Source of the DNA: the human T2T-CHM13v2.0 reference genome, Homo sapiens
DNA: 64,000 nucleotides
Assembly: GCF_009914755.1 (NCBI RefSeq)
Contig: NC_060926.1
Reading direction: 5' to 3' (one strand)
Part shown: positions 1 through 14,579 of the stretch, one piece after another
Position numbering within the stretch: position 1 is the stretch's first letter
Layout of the letters: every line of letters starts with the position of its first letter
Notes under the pieces: model-generated
The model's input: the letters and a program-made list of their open reading frames with translations, nothing else
What the model was told of the DNA's origin: nothing
Databases searched by the model: none
Position numbers and translations under genes: made by a program

Positions 1-1126
1 TACAGAAGACTTCAATACACCAGTATGAACTTACATTTTGCTTAATATAGATATTCCTGGATATAGAAATATAGATACATTTATAAATATGTGTATATAC
101 ATGGGTTAATATACTCACACATATATTTTTTCTCTGTCAGTTGAGATAGTCTGGAAGCGTCAACACTGAAGTAGCAATAAGCCCACTTAGCACTTAGATC
201 TTGGTTCCTAATATTATTCTCTGTTAAAAGGAACCATGAATCTTTGGAGAAATGGCTGGTTCTAGGAGTGAGTCAAGAAATATAGGACATGTGCTTGGAA
301 TATCTTGTAGGGGCAGAAGGCAAGCAAGTGCAAAAAACCAAAACAAACAAACAAAAATACTCATGATGATAGAATTGTGTCAAAGACACGCAAGAGACAC
401 AGGAGCCAACTAAAATAGCTCCCAGTGGTGAAAGCTAGAACACTTTGAAAAACAAAATAGTGTTAAATACTGAATATAAACCCCAGCTTAAAAAATATAT
501 TTGTGAGTCCATACAAATATGTTGCCATATAAATAAATGAATAAACAAATAGGAGAGAAGAGACAAATCTCTGATGCAGAAAATTTCGAAGCAATTTACA
601 TAAAGAGTAAAAGTAACATAGATGAGTATCTACATTACACTCTGCCCTCAAGGAGGTAGAGAATAAGCCCTCATTCTTTAAATGTAGGCTGTGCAGTGAC
701 TTCCTCCCAAAGACTACAGTGTAGAAAGGGGGAAAAAAGTAAGTTTATGGTCAAGGAAAATGACAAACTCTATCAGCTACGTGATCAAGATTAACATCAA
801 CAGTACTACATTTTAGGTGCTCTTACCTCACACGCAAAAACAATGTAAAGTGATAGATACGTGAATTTGCTTGATTATGCTAATTATTTCAGTATGTGTA
901 AGTATATCAAGACATGTTGTACAGTTTAAACATACACAATAAAATCAGTGGTAGATTATGCTTATAGTATCTACTTTTAACATAATGTGATGAGAATTGC
1001 ACTTTACCTTGTGGTCTTCCTTTTAAAAACCAATAACCTATGTCTTATGATGAGAAAAGCATTAGAGAAAACCTGACTGATTCTGCAAAGTACACGATGA
1101 GTACCCCCTCAAAACTCTCAGGTCAT
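1..1126 (+). mobile_element. Old L1 (L1MC/L1MD-type) 3' end, left part
   Basis: Motif 'ggaaccatgaatctttggagaaatggctggttctagg...' resembles L1MC/MD 3' UTR; resumes at 3163 after the THE1 insertion. Contains a small nested L1MA-type 3' fragment at ~811-944. Confidence 0.7.
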
Positions 1127-3157
1127 TGCATTAGTCTGTTTACTCCCTGCTGATAAAGACATACCCCAAGGAAGAAAAAGAGGTTTAATTGAACTTACAA
1201 CTCCACATGGCTAGGGAGGCCTCAGAATCATGGCAGGAGGCAAAAGGCACTTCTTACATGGCAGCAGCAAGAGAAAATGAGGAGCAAGCAAAGGGGAAAT
1301 CCCGATAAAACCATTGGATAGTGTGAGACTTATTCACTGTCATGAGAATAGCATGGAAACGACGGTTCTCCCGTGATTCAATTACCTCCCCCTGAGTACC
1401 CCCCCCCAACAACATGTGGGAATTCTGAGAGATACAATTCAAGTTGTGATTTGGATAGGGACACAGCCAAACCATATCATTCCACCCCGACCCCTCAAGA
1501 TCTCATGTCCTCACATTTCAAACCAACCATGCCTTCCCAACAGTCCTTCAAAGCCTTAACTCATTCCAGCATTAACTCAAAAGTGCACAGTCCAAAGTCT
1601 CATCTGAGACAAGGCAAGTCCCTTCCACCTATGAGCCTGTAAAATCAAAATCAAACTAGTTACTTCCTAGATACAATGGGGGTACAGGTATTGGGTAAAT
1701 ATAGCTGTTTAGGAGAAATTGGCCAAAACAAAGGGGTTACAGGCCCCATGCAAGTCCAAAATCCAGTGGGGAAGTCAAATTTTAAAGCTTCAAAATGATC
1801 TCCTTTGACTCTAGTTCTCACATCCAGGTTATGCTGATGTAAGAGGTGGGTTCTCATGGTCTTGGGCAGTTCCACCTTTGTGGCTTTGCAGGGTACAGCC
1901 TCCCTCCCAGCTACTTTCATGGGCTGGCGTTGAGTGTCTGTGGCTTTTCCAGGAGCATGGTGCAAGCTGTTGGTGGATCTACCATTCTGGGGTCTGGAGG
2001 ATGGTGGCCCTCTTCTCACAGCTCCACTAGGCAGAGCCCAAGTAGGGACTCTGTGTGGGGGCTCCAACCCCACATTTCCCTTCCACAGTGCCCTAGCAGA
2101 GGTTCTCCCTAAGGGCCCCACCTCTGCAGCAAACTTGCCTGGGCATCCAGGAGTTTCCATACATCTTCTGAAATCTAGATGGAGGCTCCCAAACCTCAAT
2201 TCTTGACTTCTGTGCACCTACAGGCTCAACACCACGTGCAAACTGCAAAGGCTTAGGGCTTCCACCCACTGAAGTCACAGCCCAAGCTCTACATTTGCCC
2301 TTTGGAGCCACATCTGAAGCAGCTGGGACACAAGGTACCAAGTCCCTAGGCTGCACACAGCATGCGGATCCTGGGCCTGGCCCACAAAACCACTTTTTCC
2401 TCCTGGGCCTCTGGGCTTATGATGGGAGGGGCTGCCCTGAAGGTCTCTGACATGGCCTGGAAACATCTTCCCCATGGTCTTGGGGATTAACATTAGCCTC
2501 CTTGCTACTTACGCAAATTTCTGCAGCTGGCTTGAATTTCTCCACAAAAAAAATGGGTTTTTCTTTTCTACTGCATCATCAGGCTGCAAACTTTCTGAAC
2601 TTTTATGCTGTTTCCCTTTCCAAACAAAATGCTTTTAGCAGCACCCAAGTCACCTTTTGAATGCTTTGCTGCTTAGAAATTTCTTCTGCCAGGTATCTTA
2701 AATGATCTCAAGTTCAATGTTCCACAGATCTCTAGAGCACGGACAAAGTGCTGCTAGTCTCTTTGCTAAAACATAACAAGAATCATCTTTGCTCCAGTTC
2801 CCTACAAGTTCTTCATCTCCATCTTAGACCACCTCAGCCTGGACCTTATTGTTCATATCACTATCAGCATTTTATCAAAGCCATTCAACAAGTGATTTGG
2901 ATGGGAACACAGCCAAACGATATCATTCCACCCCGACCCCTAGAAATCTCATGTCCTCACATTTCAGAACCAATCATGCCTTTCCAAACTTTCCCACATT
3001 TTCCTGTCTTCTTCTGAGCCCTCCAAGCTGTTCCAACCTCTGCCTGTTATGCAGTTCCAAAGTAGTTTACATATTTTGGGTATCTTTTCAGCAACACTCC
3101 ACTCTACTGATACAATTCAAGTTGCGATTTGGGTGGGGACACAGTCAAACCATATCA
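1127..3157 (-). mobile_element. THE1 (THE1C-like) MaLR element: complete LTR 1127-1479, internal region, remnant second LTR ~3109-3157
   Basis: Begins 'tgcattagtctgtt...gataaagacatacc' and ends 'acagtcaaaccatatca' (reverse complement of THE1 LTR termini). 5-bp TSD GTCAT at 1122-1126 and 3158-3162. Confidence 0.95.
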
Positions 3158-3162
3158 GTCAT

Positions 3163-3460
3163 CAAAAACAGGAAACCTCTAAGAAATTGTCATGGCCCAC
3201 AGTAGCCTAAGGAGACATGACAGAAAAATGTAATTATATTCTTGATGGGATCCTGGGACAGAAATCTAAAGCCAAGGAAACCTGAATAAAGTGTAGACTG
3301 CTGTTAAAATAATATACTTGTATTTGTTTATTAATTGTAAAAAAAAGTTACCATACTAATGTATAATGTTTGCAACAATAAAAACTCGGTGTGGTGGTGC
3401 ACATGAAAACTCTGTCACCCTCACAGTTTTCCTGTAAGCCTAAAACTATACTAATTTCTT
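3163..3460 (+). mobile_element. Old L1 (L1MC/L1MD-type) 3' end, right part
   Basis: 'cctaaggagacatgacag...gatgggatcctgggacagaaa' continues the element interrupted by THE1. Confidence 0.7.
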
Positions 3461-3473
3461 ACAAAGTTTAGTA

Positions 3474-4668
<1,195 letters not shown>

Positions 4669-6000
4669 AAGTTTAGTAAATACACTTTTGAATATTTTTG
4701 CGTTTTTTGTAATTATATTTGCCAAGTTTTTGTGGAGTTCAGAACATTCATATTTTCTGATCTTAACAGTAAACTCATCACATATGGTTATCTTCAGGAT
4801 TTTCAACTTCATATTATATCCACATATGTAACTTGTGTATATTGAGATAAAATATCTGTATACAATTTAGCACGTATGTTTCAGTTAAGGCTCTAAGGAA
4901 AACATATACATTAGATATTATACTATTGAAGATATTTGCTTGTCTGTGTGTATGTATCTCTGTGTGTATTTTTTCCTAAGTAGCCAAGATAATTAAATTC
5001 TATCTTGTGCTAAAACTGGTCAATATACCTCTGACTCAAATCAACAAACTTGAAAGCCCAAACGTCTTCTAATATTCTACCAAATGATATTTTACACAAC
5101 TAAAAAAATCGTTTCAACAATATAAAACTTGCCAACATAAAAAAGATAAGGAATAATTCTTGTATGTTTCCTCAATGCCAATTACAAGAAGTGCCAAAGG
5201 AAAATAAATCTGCTATGGAATTACTCTACAGCTGCAACACATTTTCAGGAAGTATTGTTGTCACAGACTGCCAATGACCAGAATGAGAAGAAATGTGGTG
5301 AGGAGAAAATTCTGGCATAAAATATGTTGACTTAGACCCTCATTTTGCCCACTTGGCACATGTTCCATTTGCTACTCTCTTTCACAGCACTTTTCTATTT
5401 CATTTCTCGAACTGCTGTGTAAGAATTCTGGTTTCCAAGAATTTTACTGGATATTCCCCCAACTGTCATGTGAGGATAATTAATTTAAAAGCTTATTCTG
5501 TGCATTTAGACATTTAAATCTTATGAAGTATTCTACCATTTTTATGATATAACTAGATAATAAAAGACTTACCACCTTCTGAATTCATGTATACCAAGAG
5601 AATCACAAAGAAACCTAGGCAGGCACTTCGCTTATATGCAGAGATTTGGAAACATCCTTTCTAGAAATCCTTGTCATTCATTCTCTTTAATTAGTTAGTT
5701 GCTGCAACGTGGCTTTATTTCTTAGAAACAATGGTGGGTACAAATATGCAAAGGAAAGTTCAATCATTCATTATGTATTCCTTCTAGAACAATATTAGGT
5801 GGATGACAGGTGAAATGGTGAAGAGCATGATGAAAATTTTATCAAGTCTATGGTTTTACATATGTGTTGCTCAGAGTTCCCTACTCTGAGCTGTCTTCCC
5901 AAGAAAAAACGCTGTAAAAAAGTTTCTCTTTTCATTACCGACCTCAGTATTTCTAGTGTGTCCTATCCAAAAGGAAAGTGAAAAAATAAGTCACCCACAG

Positions 6001-6326
6001 TTTTTTTGTTTGTTTGTTTTTGTTTTTGTTTTTGTTTTAGATGGAGTCTCACCTTGTTGCCCAGGCTGGAATGTGGAATGCAGTGGTGTGGTCTCAGCTC
6101 ACTGCAACCTCCACCTCCAAGGATCAAGTGATCCTCCTGCCTCAGCCTCCTGGGTAGGTGGGACTACAGGTGCATGCTACCATGCCTGACTAATTTTTAT
6201 ATTTTTAGTAGAGACGGGGTTTTGCCATGTTGGCCAGGATGGTCATAAACTCCTGACCTCAGGTGATCCACCCAACTTGGCCTCCCAAAGTGCTAGGATT
6301 ACAGGCATGAGCCACTGCGCCCAGCC
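6001..6326 (-). mobile_element. AluS
   Basis: (TTTG/TTTTTG)n tail, full dimer, flanking direct repeat 'ccacagtttt'. Confidence 0.95.
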
Positions 6327-6567
6327 ACAACCACAGTTTTAATGGGAGTTAACCAATTTAAATATTTTGTTTTATCATTGGTATTTTAGACTCATTCAGC
6401 ATTCATATATAGTGTAATTTTTTTACTGATTGTTATAACATTATTTTTAATACTCTCTAGAATATTAAATATTTTTCAACACAGAATGTTTTGGATTGAA
6501 CATAATGTTTTGTATTGTATTTGTAGCCAGCAAATATTGTAAAATTTGAATATATCATACTGAGATA

Positions 6568-6789
6568 CAGGTTGAACATCCTAGATTTGAAAATTTGTAA
6601 TTCTGAATGCTCAGTTTAAAACTTTTGAGTATTGAAGTGATGCTCAAACAAAATGCTGAGTAAAATGCTTAAAGTATTTCAGATTTGGGATGCTCAAACA
6701 GAATAATGCAAATATTTCAAAATCCAAAAATCCCTAAAATCCAAAACACTTCTGTTCCTTAGCATTTCAGATTAAGGATACTTATCCTG
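6568..6789. mobile_element. Tigger4a/MER46-type (TcMar-Tigger) MITE
   Basis: TA-flanked, TIRs 'caggttgaacatcc' / 'ggatacttatcctg', internal aaaatcc repeats. Confidence 0.85.
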
Positions 6790-6904
6790 TATTAATTTTC
6801 AAACCGTTTGGCTAATTTCAGATCAATTTGCTAATTATTTGCAATTTAAAACCATGACAATATTTGTACACAAAACTTACCTATGTAGTGCCTAAGATGA
6901 AGAA

Positions 6905-7110
6905 TAAGCCTAACTGGGTTTGAAATCAGGCAAATCTCTTTCAATAGCTGTGCAAACTTGAGCAAATTATCTCTCTGAGTCCAGTTTCTTTACTCATCCA
7001 CATAATAGGATAATAATGGTACCCACCCATTTTATTGTTGTGAAGATCAACTTAATTTTTATATATCTTTGGTATGTCAATTAGGACCATTCCTGGTGGA
7101 TAGCACATTC
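6905..7110 (+). mobile_element. MIR SINE
   Basis: Core 'gctgtgcaaacttgagcaaattatctctctgagtccagtttc...ataataatggtacc'; followed by a TG-rich repeat at 7114-7163. Confidence 0.7.
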
Positions 7111-7237
7111 TCAGTGTGTATGTGTGTGTGTATGTGTGTGTTTATGTGTGTATGCATGTGTGTGAATATTGCTTAGAATTTTAATTTATATATATATTTA
7201 CATATGTAAACAATGCTTGTTGAATAGTAAGTCCTTA

Positions 7238-7600
<363 letters not shown>

Positions 7601-7748
7601 CATACCCATAAAAAGGTCACTGCTGAAATTCATATGAAGAAAAATGCATAAACCAAGGCAGTGGTCATCAGAGCAGCATGAAGTACATCAGGAAAGAGAC
7701 TTATTTTTTCTTTTCTGAAATTGGACACCACTTAAGAACCTTAAAATC

Positions 7749-8154
7749 ACACGAAGTTATATTCAATGCTTATTCTTTACTTCAATGAATGAAAACTAGA
7801 AAAGAAAATTGAAAAGAGAATGCAGAACGGCACTTACTCAAATAGTTTTGATGATTTCTGCTTCACTGGCTGATTTTGTAGTAGGTGGCTGGAAATTACA
7901 GTGGGATCTTTAAATAAGTTTAAAGTCATATCTCTGACTTACCCTGAGTAATTTTTGACACAGTAAAGCTGTTTTTTTTTTGGTAGGCTTAAAAATTCCA
8001 CTGAGATTTTTCAGTCACCCACTCACCCACTTCCAAATGAATCAGAAAAACAGAAATCATCAAAACCAGTAGAATAAATGTTGCTCTGTTTTAAGTTTTC
8101 TTTTCCAGTTCTCATTCACTGAGATGAGAGTAAACATTGAATAAAACTTCATGT
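7749..8154. repeat. Long imperfect inverted repeat (arms ~165 bp, spacer ~75 bp)
   Basis: 7749-7913 aligns to the reverse complement of 7989-8154, e.g. 'gttttgatgatttctg' vs 'cagaaatcatcaaaac'. Confidence 0.85.
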
Positions 8155-9750
8155 TAAAATGTCCATACTATCCAAAACAGGGTATAGATTCAATAACATC
8201 CCTATGAAAATCCCAATGGCAAGTTTTTACAAAAATTGAAAACAATTATAAAATTCATATGGAACCACAAAAGACCCTGAGTAACCAAAGCAATCTTGTG
8301 AAAGAAGAACAAAGATGAAGGCATAACACTACCAGGTTTCAAAATACATTACAAAGCTACAATAATTAAAACAGCATAATAGTAGCATAAAGCAGACAGA
8401 TACACCAATGAAATAGAATAGAGAGTACAGAAATAAATCCATACATATATTGTTATGTACTGTCACATATACTTGAATTTTGACAAGTGCGACAAAAATA
8501 CAAAATGGGAAAGGGATAATGTCTTCGACACATGGTATTGGAAAAACTGAATAACCTCATGCAAACAATGAAATTGGATCCTTATCTTACACTATACAAA
8601 AAACATCAACTCCACATGGATTAAATTTTGTAAGGTAAGACCTGAAACTGTAAAACTCCTAGAAAAAATATAGAAAAAATGCTTTATGATATTGGTGTTG
8701 GCAATGATTTCTTGAATGTAATAGCAAAAGCACAGGCAACCAAAACAAACATAGACAAGCAGAACTACATTAAACTAAAAAGCTTGTGCACAGCAAAGGA
8801 ACCAATCAACAGAGTGACAAGGAAACATATGAACTCAGGGAAAATGTATGTTTTTCCAAACCATGTATCTGTTAGATGTTAATATGTAAAATATATGAAC
8901 TACAATGCAATAATTAAAAAAAGCAGATCAAGCCATAGGCAAAGGACTTGAATAGACATTTAGCCAAAAAAAAAAAATACAAATAGCCAACAGCTATATG
9001 AAAAATATGATAATCATCATCACTAATCAGCAGGGCAATGAAAATCAAAACCACAATATTTTCACCTCAAACCTGTTAAGATGGCTATTATTTTTAAAAA
9101 ATTCATTGATAAGGATATAGAGAAGTTGAAACTTTTCTGTACTGTTGGTGGGAATATAAAATGGTGCAACTGCTACAGAAAACATTAAGAAGGTCTCTCA
9201 AAAAAATAAAAATAGAACTACCATGTGATCCAGCATTCGCAGTTTGGGGTATATATAATAATTAAAACCAAGATCTTGAATAAGTATCTGCACTCCCCTG
9301 TTCACTGTAGCATTATTCACATGAGCCAAGATATAAAAACAACCTGAATCTCCATCAATAGATAAATGGATAAAGAAAATGTGTCTGCATGTGCAATGGA
9401 ATATTATACAGACTTACAAAAGAAAGAAATCCTGTTATAGGTGACAAAATGGATTAACCTGAAGGACATTATGCTATGTGAAACAAGCCAGTCACAGAAG
9501 GACAAATGCTGCTTGACTCCATTTATACGAAATATCTAAAACCGTCAAACTCAGAAACAGAGCAGAATAGTGTTTATCAAGGACTGTGGAGAAAGGAAAT
9601 GAGAGGTTGCTACTTAATGTGTACAAAGTTTCAATTATGCAAGATAAATAAGACCTAGAGATCTACTGCATAACATCATGCCTATAGTTAACAATACTAT
9701 ACTATGCATTTGAAAAGTTGACAGTATGTCTTAACACAACATAGACAAAC
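8155..9750 (+). mobile_element. 5'-truncated L1MA (L1MA8/9-like): ORF2 3' part and 3' UTR
   Basis: Decayed ORF2 ('taaaatgtccatactatccaaa...', ORF 8679-8882) and 3' UTR 'gtacaaagtttcaattatgcaagat...ctagagatctactg'. Confidence 0.9.
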
Positions 9751-9795
9751 AAAATATTTTCTTTGGCAGATTCACATTTTATTATTTGATTTTAA

Positions 9796-10182
<387 letters not shown>

Positions 10183-11198
10183 TAACAAGCAAATCTCCAT
10201 TTTTAGTTAAATTGAGGCTTCTTCTTTAATAACAAAAAAAAGAGTGCACTGTGGTTGAAAAATATACAATTCTTTAGCCATATAGTGAAACCTTAATAAA
10301 TGTTCAGGTTTCTTTCCAACAAATCAACAAATACAAGTATAAAGGCATTCAAGAAATATAGCTCATCATGTACATTGACTTCAATCACTTCATTTTTATG
10401 AAGCAAAGTTAACCTAGCTAACTAGTCTTTTACATACCGTGAATACTTAATATTAATTATTCAAAGATATTTCATTTAAATCACTGTTAACAAATTGAGA
10501 TTAAGTCAGGCTGTCCATTTTAAAAACAGTAACTGCTGTAATAAAATATTAATCTGAGTTGGAGACTCCAAGAGGACAAAGAACATTAGAATATATACAA
10601 GTGATTTAAAAGTAACAAGCATGCATTTGTTCCTGAGCACATCTGTACTTTGAAGCTTCTACTCAGTGTTGTGTGGAACTAAAACATACTTTCCACTTAC
10701 AAATGGAATAGGAGACCTGACACAATCCTTATACACATTTTAGCCTGGAAATGTGCTAGTTTCATGTTTTCCATTTCCTCTGACCTTTTCCCTTCCATCA
10801 GAACTATAAATGGTGAACAGTATGCTTATTTGTATTTGTTTTACTGTTTGAGGCTTTTTGATTTTCAAGGAAACTCATTTTGTGCATAACTTTTTAAGGC
10901 AAAATTAAGGAATATGTTTTGATGAGACAGGAAGGTATAATTAAAGGAAATAAATGAGTTTAATTAAGGGATTTTAGGATTTCAAAATCAAGAAGAGAAG
11001 TAGGAGAACATAAAAATAATAAATAAATCAGCAAATAAAAATTCCCAGACACTTCTTTGAGAGTGTTTACATATTTCAGTGAAAGTAGGTAAAATATAAA
11101 AATAGTATTTAGAAAAATCTAATATATTTATGCAAGTAAATAAAGACCAATTTATTTTTGAACATTTCAAGATAAGGAAAGCACAATATACAGAATTT

Positions 11199-11264
11199 CA
11201 AGTTATTTAGAGACAATAACTGCAATTATTTAGAGACAATAACAATGCAAGTTATTTAGAGACA
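11199..11264. repeat. Short tandem repeat, ~24-bp unit, ~2.8 copies
   Basis: 'ttatttagagaca' occurs three times, with 'ataac' spacers. Confidence 0.85.
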
Positions 11265-11554
11265 TTTTCAACGCACTAGCAAGACATTACGTTAATACCT
11301 GTTTGGGAAGTACATTTTCAGAAGACTATTAAAATAGTATTACGAGAATTTTGCTATAGATGACAACACCAAATAAGAAAATTAAAAGTAATTTGTGTTA
11401 ATTAGCTCTATAATATCCATTCAATGAAAATTATAATTTATGTATAATTTCAAATAATAATGAAATAACATTATACTATAGTGTTATATAAAAACATAAG
11501 GTTTTCTAATATATAGCATTCAACTCATTGGGGTGTGGGGAGGTGAGGGGAAGC

Positions 11555-11805
11555 AAATTTCAGAACAATGTGTGCTAAGTGCAAACATTTGTGTAAAAAG
11601 CTTCTGTTACATGTATAGAGTTTCTCTGGAAGAATTTATAAGTGCATATAACACATATTCAAACCTACAAACACAGAGTTGTTTCTATCGGTTGATTCCT
11701 TGGTTGGCTGGAGGAGAAAGGTAAAAGAATTTTGATTTTTACTTTGTATTCTCTTATGGTCTTTTACTTTTCTTCTCAATGCACATATTACCATTTTTAA
11801 CAAAT
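11555..11805 (+). mobile_element. Probable ancient L1ME 3' end fragment
   Basis: Weak similarity: 'tctctggaagaattt...tttttactttgtattctctt...atgcacatattacc'. Confidence 0.45.
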
Positions 11806-12076
11806 AGATTAAATTTTAATAATGTTGCTACCAACATACTTGTGTTTATTTCACTGTCAAAATTGTGAATAAATTTTCAAAAGCTTAGCTTATATTTTAT
11901 AATTATAGCTAACTACATATTATTAATAGTTTTACAGAACAAAAATTACAAAAATATATTAATTTCTATAAATTATATCCTCTAATATTAATTAGAAGAG
12001 CTATCTGATCAAAACACATCAGGTGATTTGTGGGGAGACAAATATATTTGCAAAATACAGCATCCTCATTAAACTG

Positions 12077-12870
12077 TGTATCAGGCCATTCTTGCATGCT
12101 GTAAAGAAACATCTGAGAATGGGTAGTTTATAAGAAAGGAGGTTGCATTGACTCACAGTTCTGCAGGTTGTACAGGCAGCATACTGGCATCTGCTTCTGG
12201 GAAGGCCTCAGGAAGCTTCCAATCATGGCAGAAGGTAAAGGGAGAGCTGGCACGTCACATGGTAAAAGCAGGAGCAAGAAAGAGAGTGAGCAGAGGAGGT
12301 GCCACACACTTTTAAAGGACTAGATCCCATGAGAACTCACTATCATGAAGTAAGTACCAAGTCATGAGAGATCTGCCTCCATGATCCAAACACCTCCCAC
12401 AAGACCTCACCCCAGCACTGGGGATTACAATTCAACATGATATTTGGGGGATATCATTCTGAAAAGTATATCATTCTGCTCTGGCCCTTCGCAAATCTCA
12501 TGCCCTTTTGACATTTCGAAATGGTATCATGCCTTCCCAACAGTCCCCTAAATTCTTAACTGATTCCAGCATTGATTCAAAAGTCCCAAGTCCTGTCTGA
12601 GACAAGGCAAGTCCCTTCCATCTATGATCCTGTAAAATAAAAAACAGGTTATTTACTTCCAAGATACAATGGAGGTATAGGAATTGGGTAAGCATTCCTG
12701 TTCAAAAAGGGAGAAACTGACCAAAAGAAAGAAGATACAGGCCCCAAGCAAGTTTGAATCCCAGCAAGGCAGTCATTAAAACTTAAAGCTCCAAAATAAT
12801 CTCTTTTGATTTCGTGTCCGACATCCAAGTCATACTGGTACAAGGAGTGGACTCCCAAGTCCTTGGGCAA
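12077..12870 (-). mobile_element. MSTB-like MaLR: LTR 12077-12473 plus truncated internal region
   Basis: 'tgtatcaggccattcttgc...ggcctcaggaagcttccaatcatggcagaagg'; internal part homologous to the THE1 internal at 1480 onward; stops abruptly at ~12870. Confidence 0.9.
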
Positions 12871-12939
12871 CGTGATTTCTTAGTTATAGTTAAAAATGGA
12901 TTATGGATATTTACAAAGCTAGCTCACATGTCCTTGTCT

Positions 12940-13182
12940 GACTCTCTCTTTCTTCTTTCCTTCCCTCCCACCCTCCCCCTTCCTTCCTTTCTTTCTCTCT
13001 CTCTTTCTTTCTTTTCCTTTTTCTTTCTTTTTCTTTCTTTCTTTCCTTTATTATTTATTTATTTCTTCTTTCCTTCCTTCTTTCCTTCCTTCCTTTCTTC
13101 CTTTCTTTCTTTCTTTATTTCTTTCTTTCTTTCTTTCTTTCTTGCTTGCTTGCTTGCTTGCTTTCTCTTTCTTTTTTTTCTT
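12940..13182. repeat. Compound polypyrimidine microsatellite (CT/CTTT/CCTT/TTTA/CTTG)
   Basis: Directly visible. Confidence 0.95.
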
Positions 13183-13674
13183 ATAATGGCTGATCAATAA
13201 TTCATTTTTAGAGAAATATGAGTTGATGTATGGATTTTTAAAATTCATTGATTAGTCAATAATACTTTGCTATCAACTGTGACATGCTAAGCATATTAGG
13301 TGAATCGTACAAAATGTTGAGCAAGATGCCCTTGGTCCCTTCCTTCGAGAGATTACATTCCCATAGGAGGGTGGTAAATTCAGAAATACATCAATATAAA
13401 TCGAGTATATAGGTAGGAATCTAGACAGTGTGATACATGTTCTCATAGTTTACAGAAACACAAGAAAAGTATCTGTAACCTGGATGTAAGTGACAAAGAA
13501 AGGAAGACTGCCTATGCCGAAGGATTCTTGGATACCATTCTAGGCCTGCTTCACGGCTTGTTTCTGTCCACCCTTCACAAGGCCAGGGAAACTTTGTTCA
13601 CCATCATGGGATATGGTTGAGGTATCAAGTGCCTCTAAGAAGGACCACATTATCCCCAAATTTTAGAAGGGTCT

Positions 13675-14548
13675 TCTGTTGAAAAGACTTCTTTCTCCAG
13701 TGCATTGTCTGGGCAACCTTTTATATATATATATATGTATATATTTATTTATCTTTGTACTAATCCTACAATGCCTTGATTAATGTAGTTTTACAGTAAA
13801 TTTAAAATCAGGAAGTCAGGATCTTCCAACTTCAATCTTTTTCAAGATGATTTTGGCCATTCTTGGTCCTTTACATTCCTTATGAATTTAAATATCACCT
13901 TGTCAATTTTGAAAAAGGAAACTTGGATTTTGATAGAGAATGTACTGAATCTGTAGATTATTTTGAAAATTTTACCATTTTAATAATATTAATTTTCTTA
14001 CACATAACCATCAGGTGAGGTGGCTTACCTTTTATTTAGTTTCTTTCAACAACAGTTTTTAGTTTTCAGTGTACATGACTTTGATTCTTTTGTTAAATTT
14101 ATTCCTAAGTGATTTTAAATTTTAGATGTTATTTTAAATGGAAGTGTTTTCTTAATGTTTGAATTTTTCATTGAAAGTGTATAGAAATACAGCTGCTTTT
14201 GGGGTAGTCATCTCATATCTGGCAGTCTTACTGAATTCATTTCTTAGATTTAAGAGGTTTTTATGCAGATTCATTAGAATTTTCTATGTCCAAGATTATG
14301 TCATCTGCTAATAGAGATAGTTGTATTTCTTTTTTTCCAATCTGGATGACTTTTATTTCTTTTTCTTGCCAAATTGTCTGGGCCAGATCCTTCAGTACAA
14401 TGTTGCACAGTCACTGTGAGAATACCCATCTGTCCTGAACTTAGGGGTAAATCATTCAGTCTTCACTATTAAGTATAATGTTGGCTTGGGCCTTTTGTAA
14501 ATAACCTTTATTTGGTTGAGCTAGTTTCCTTCTATAACTAGCTTCCTG

Positions 14549-14579
<31 letters not shown>

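Noticed and set aside
1660-2493. Overlapping ORFs up to 185 aa (and similar ones at 45955-46710)
   Set aside because: They are fragments of the THE1 internal region, frameshifted and not host genes.
12814-13248. Hydrophobic 128-aa ORF and lysine-rich antisense ORF
   Set aside because: Translation of the CTTT/CCTT microsatellite.
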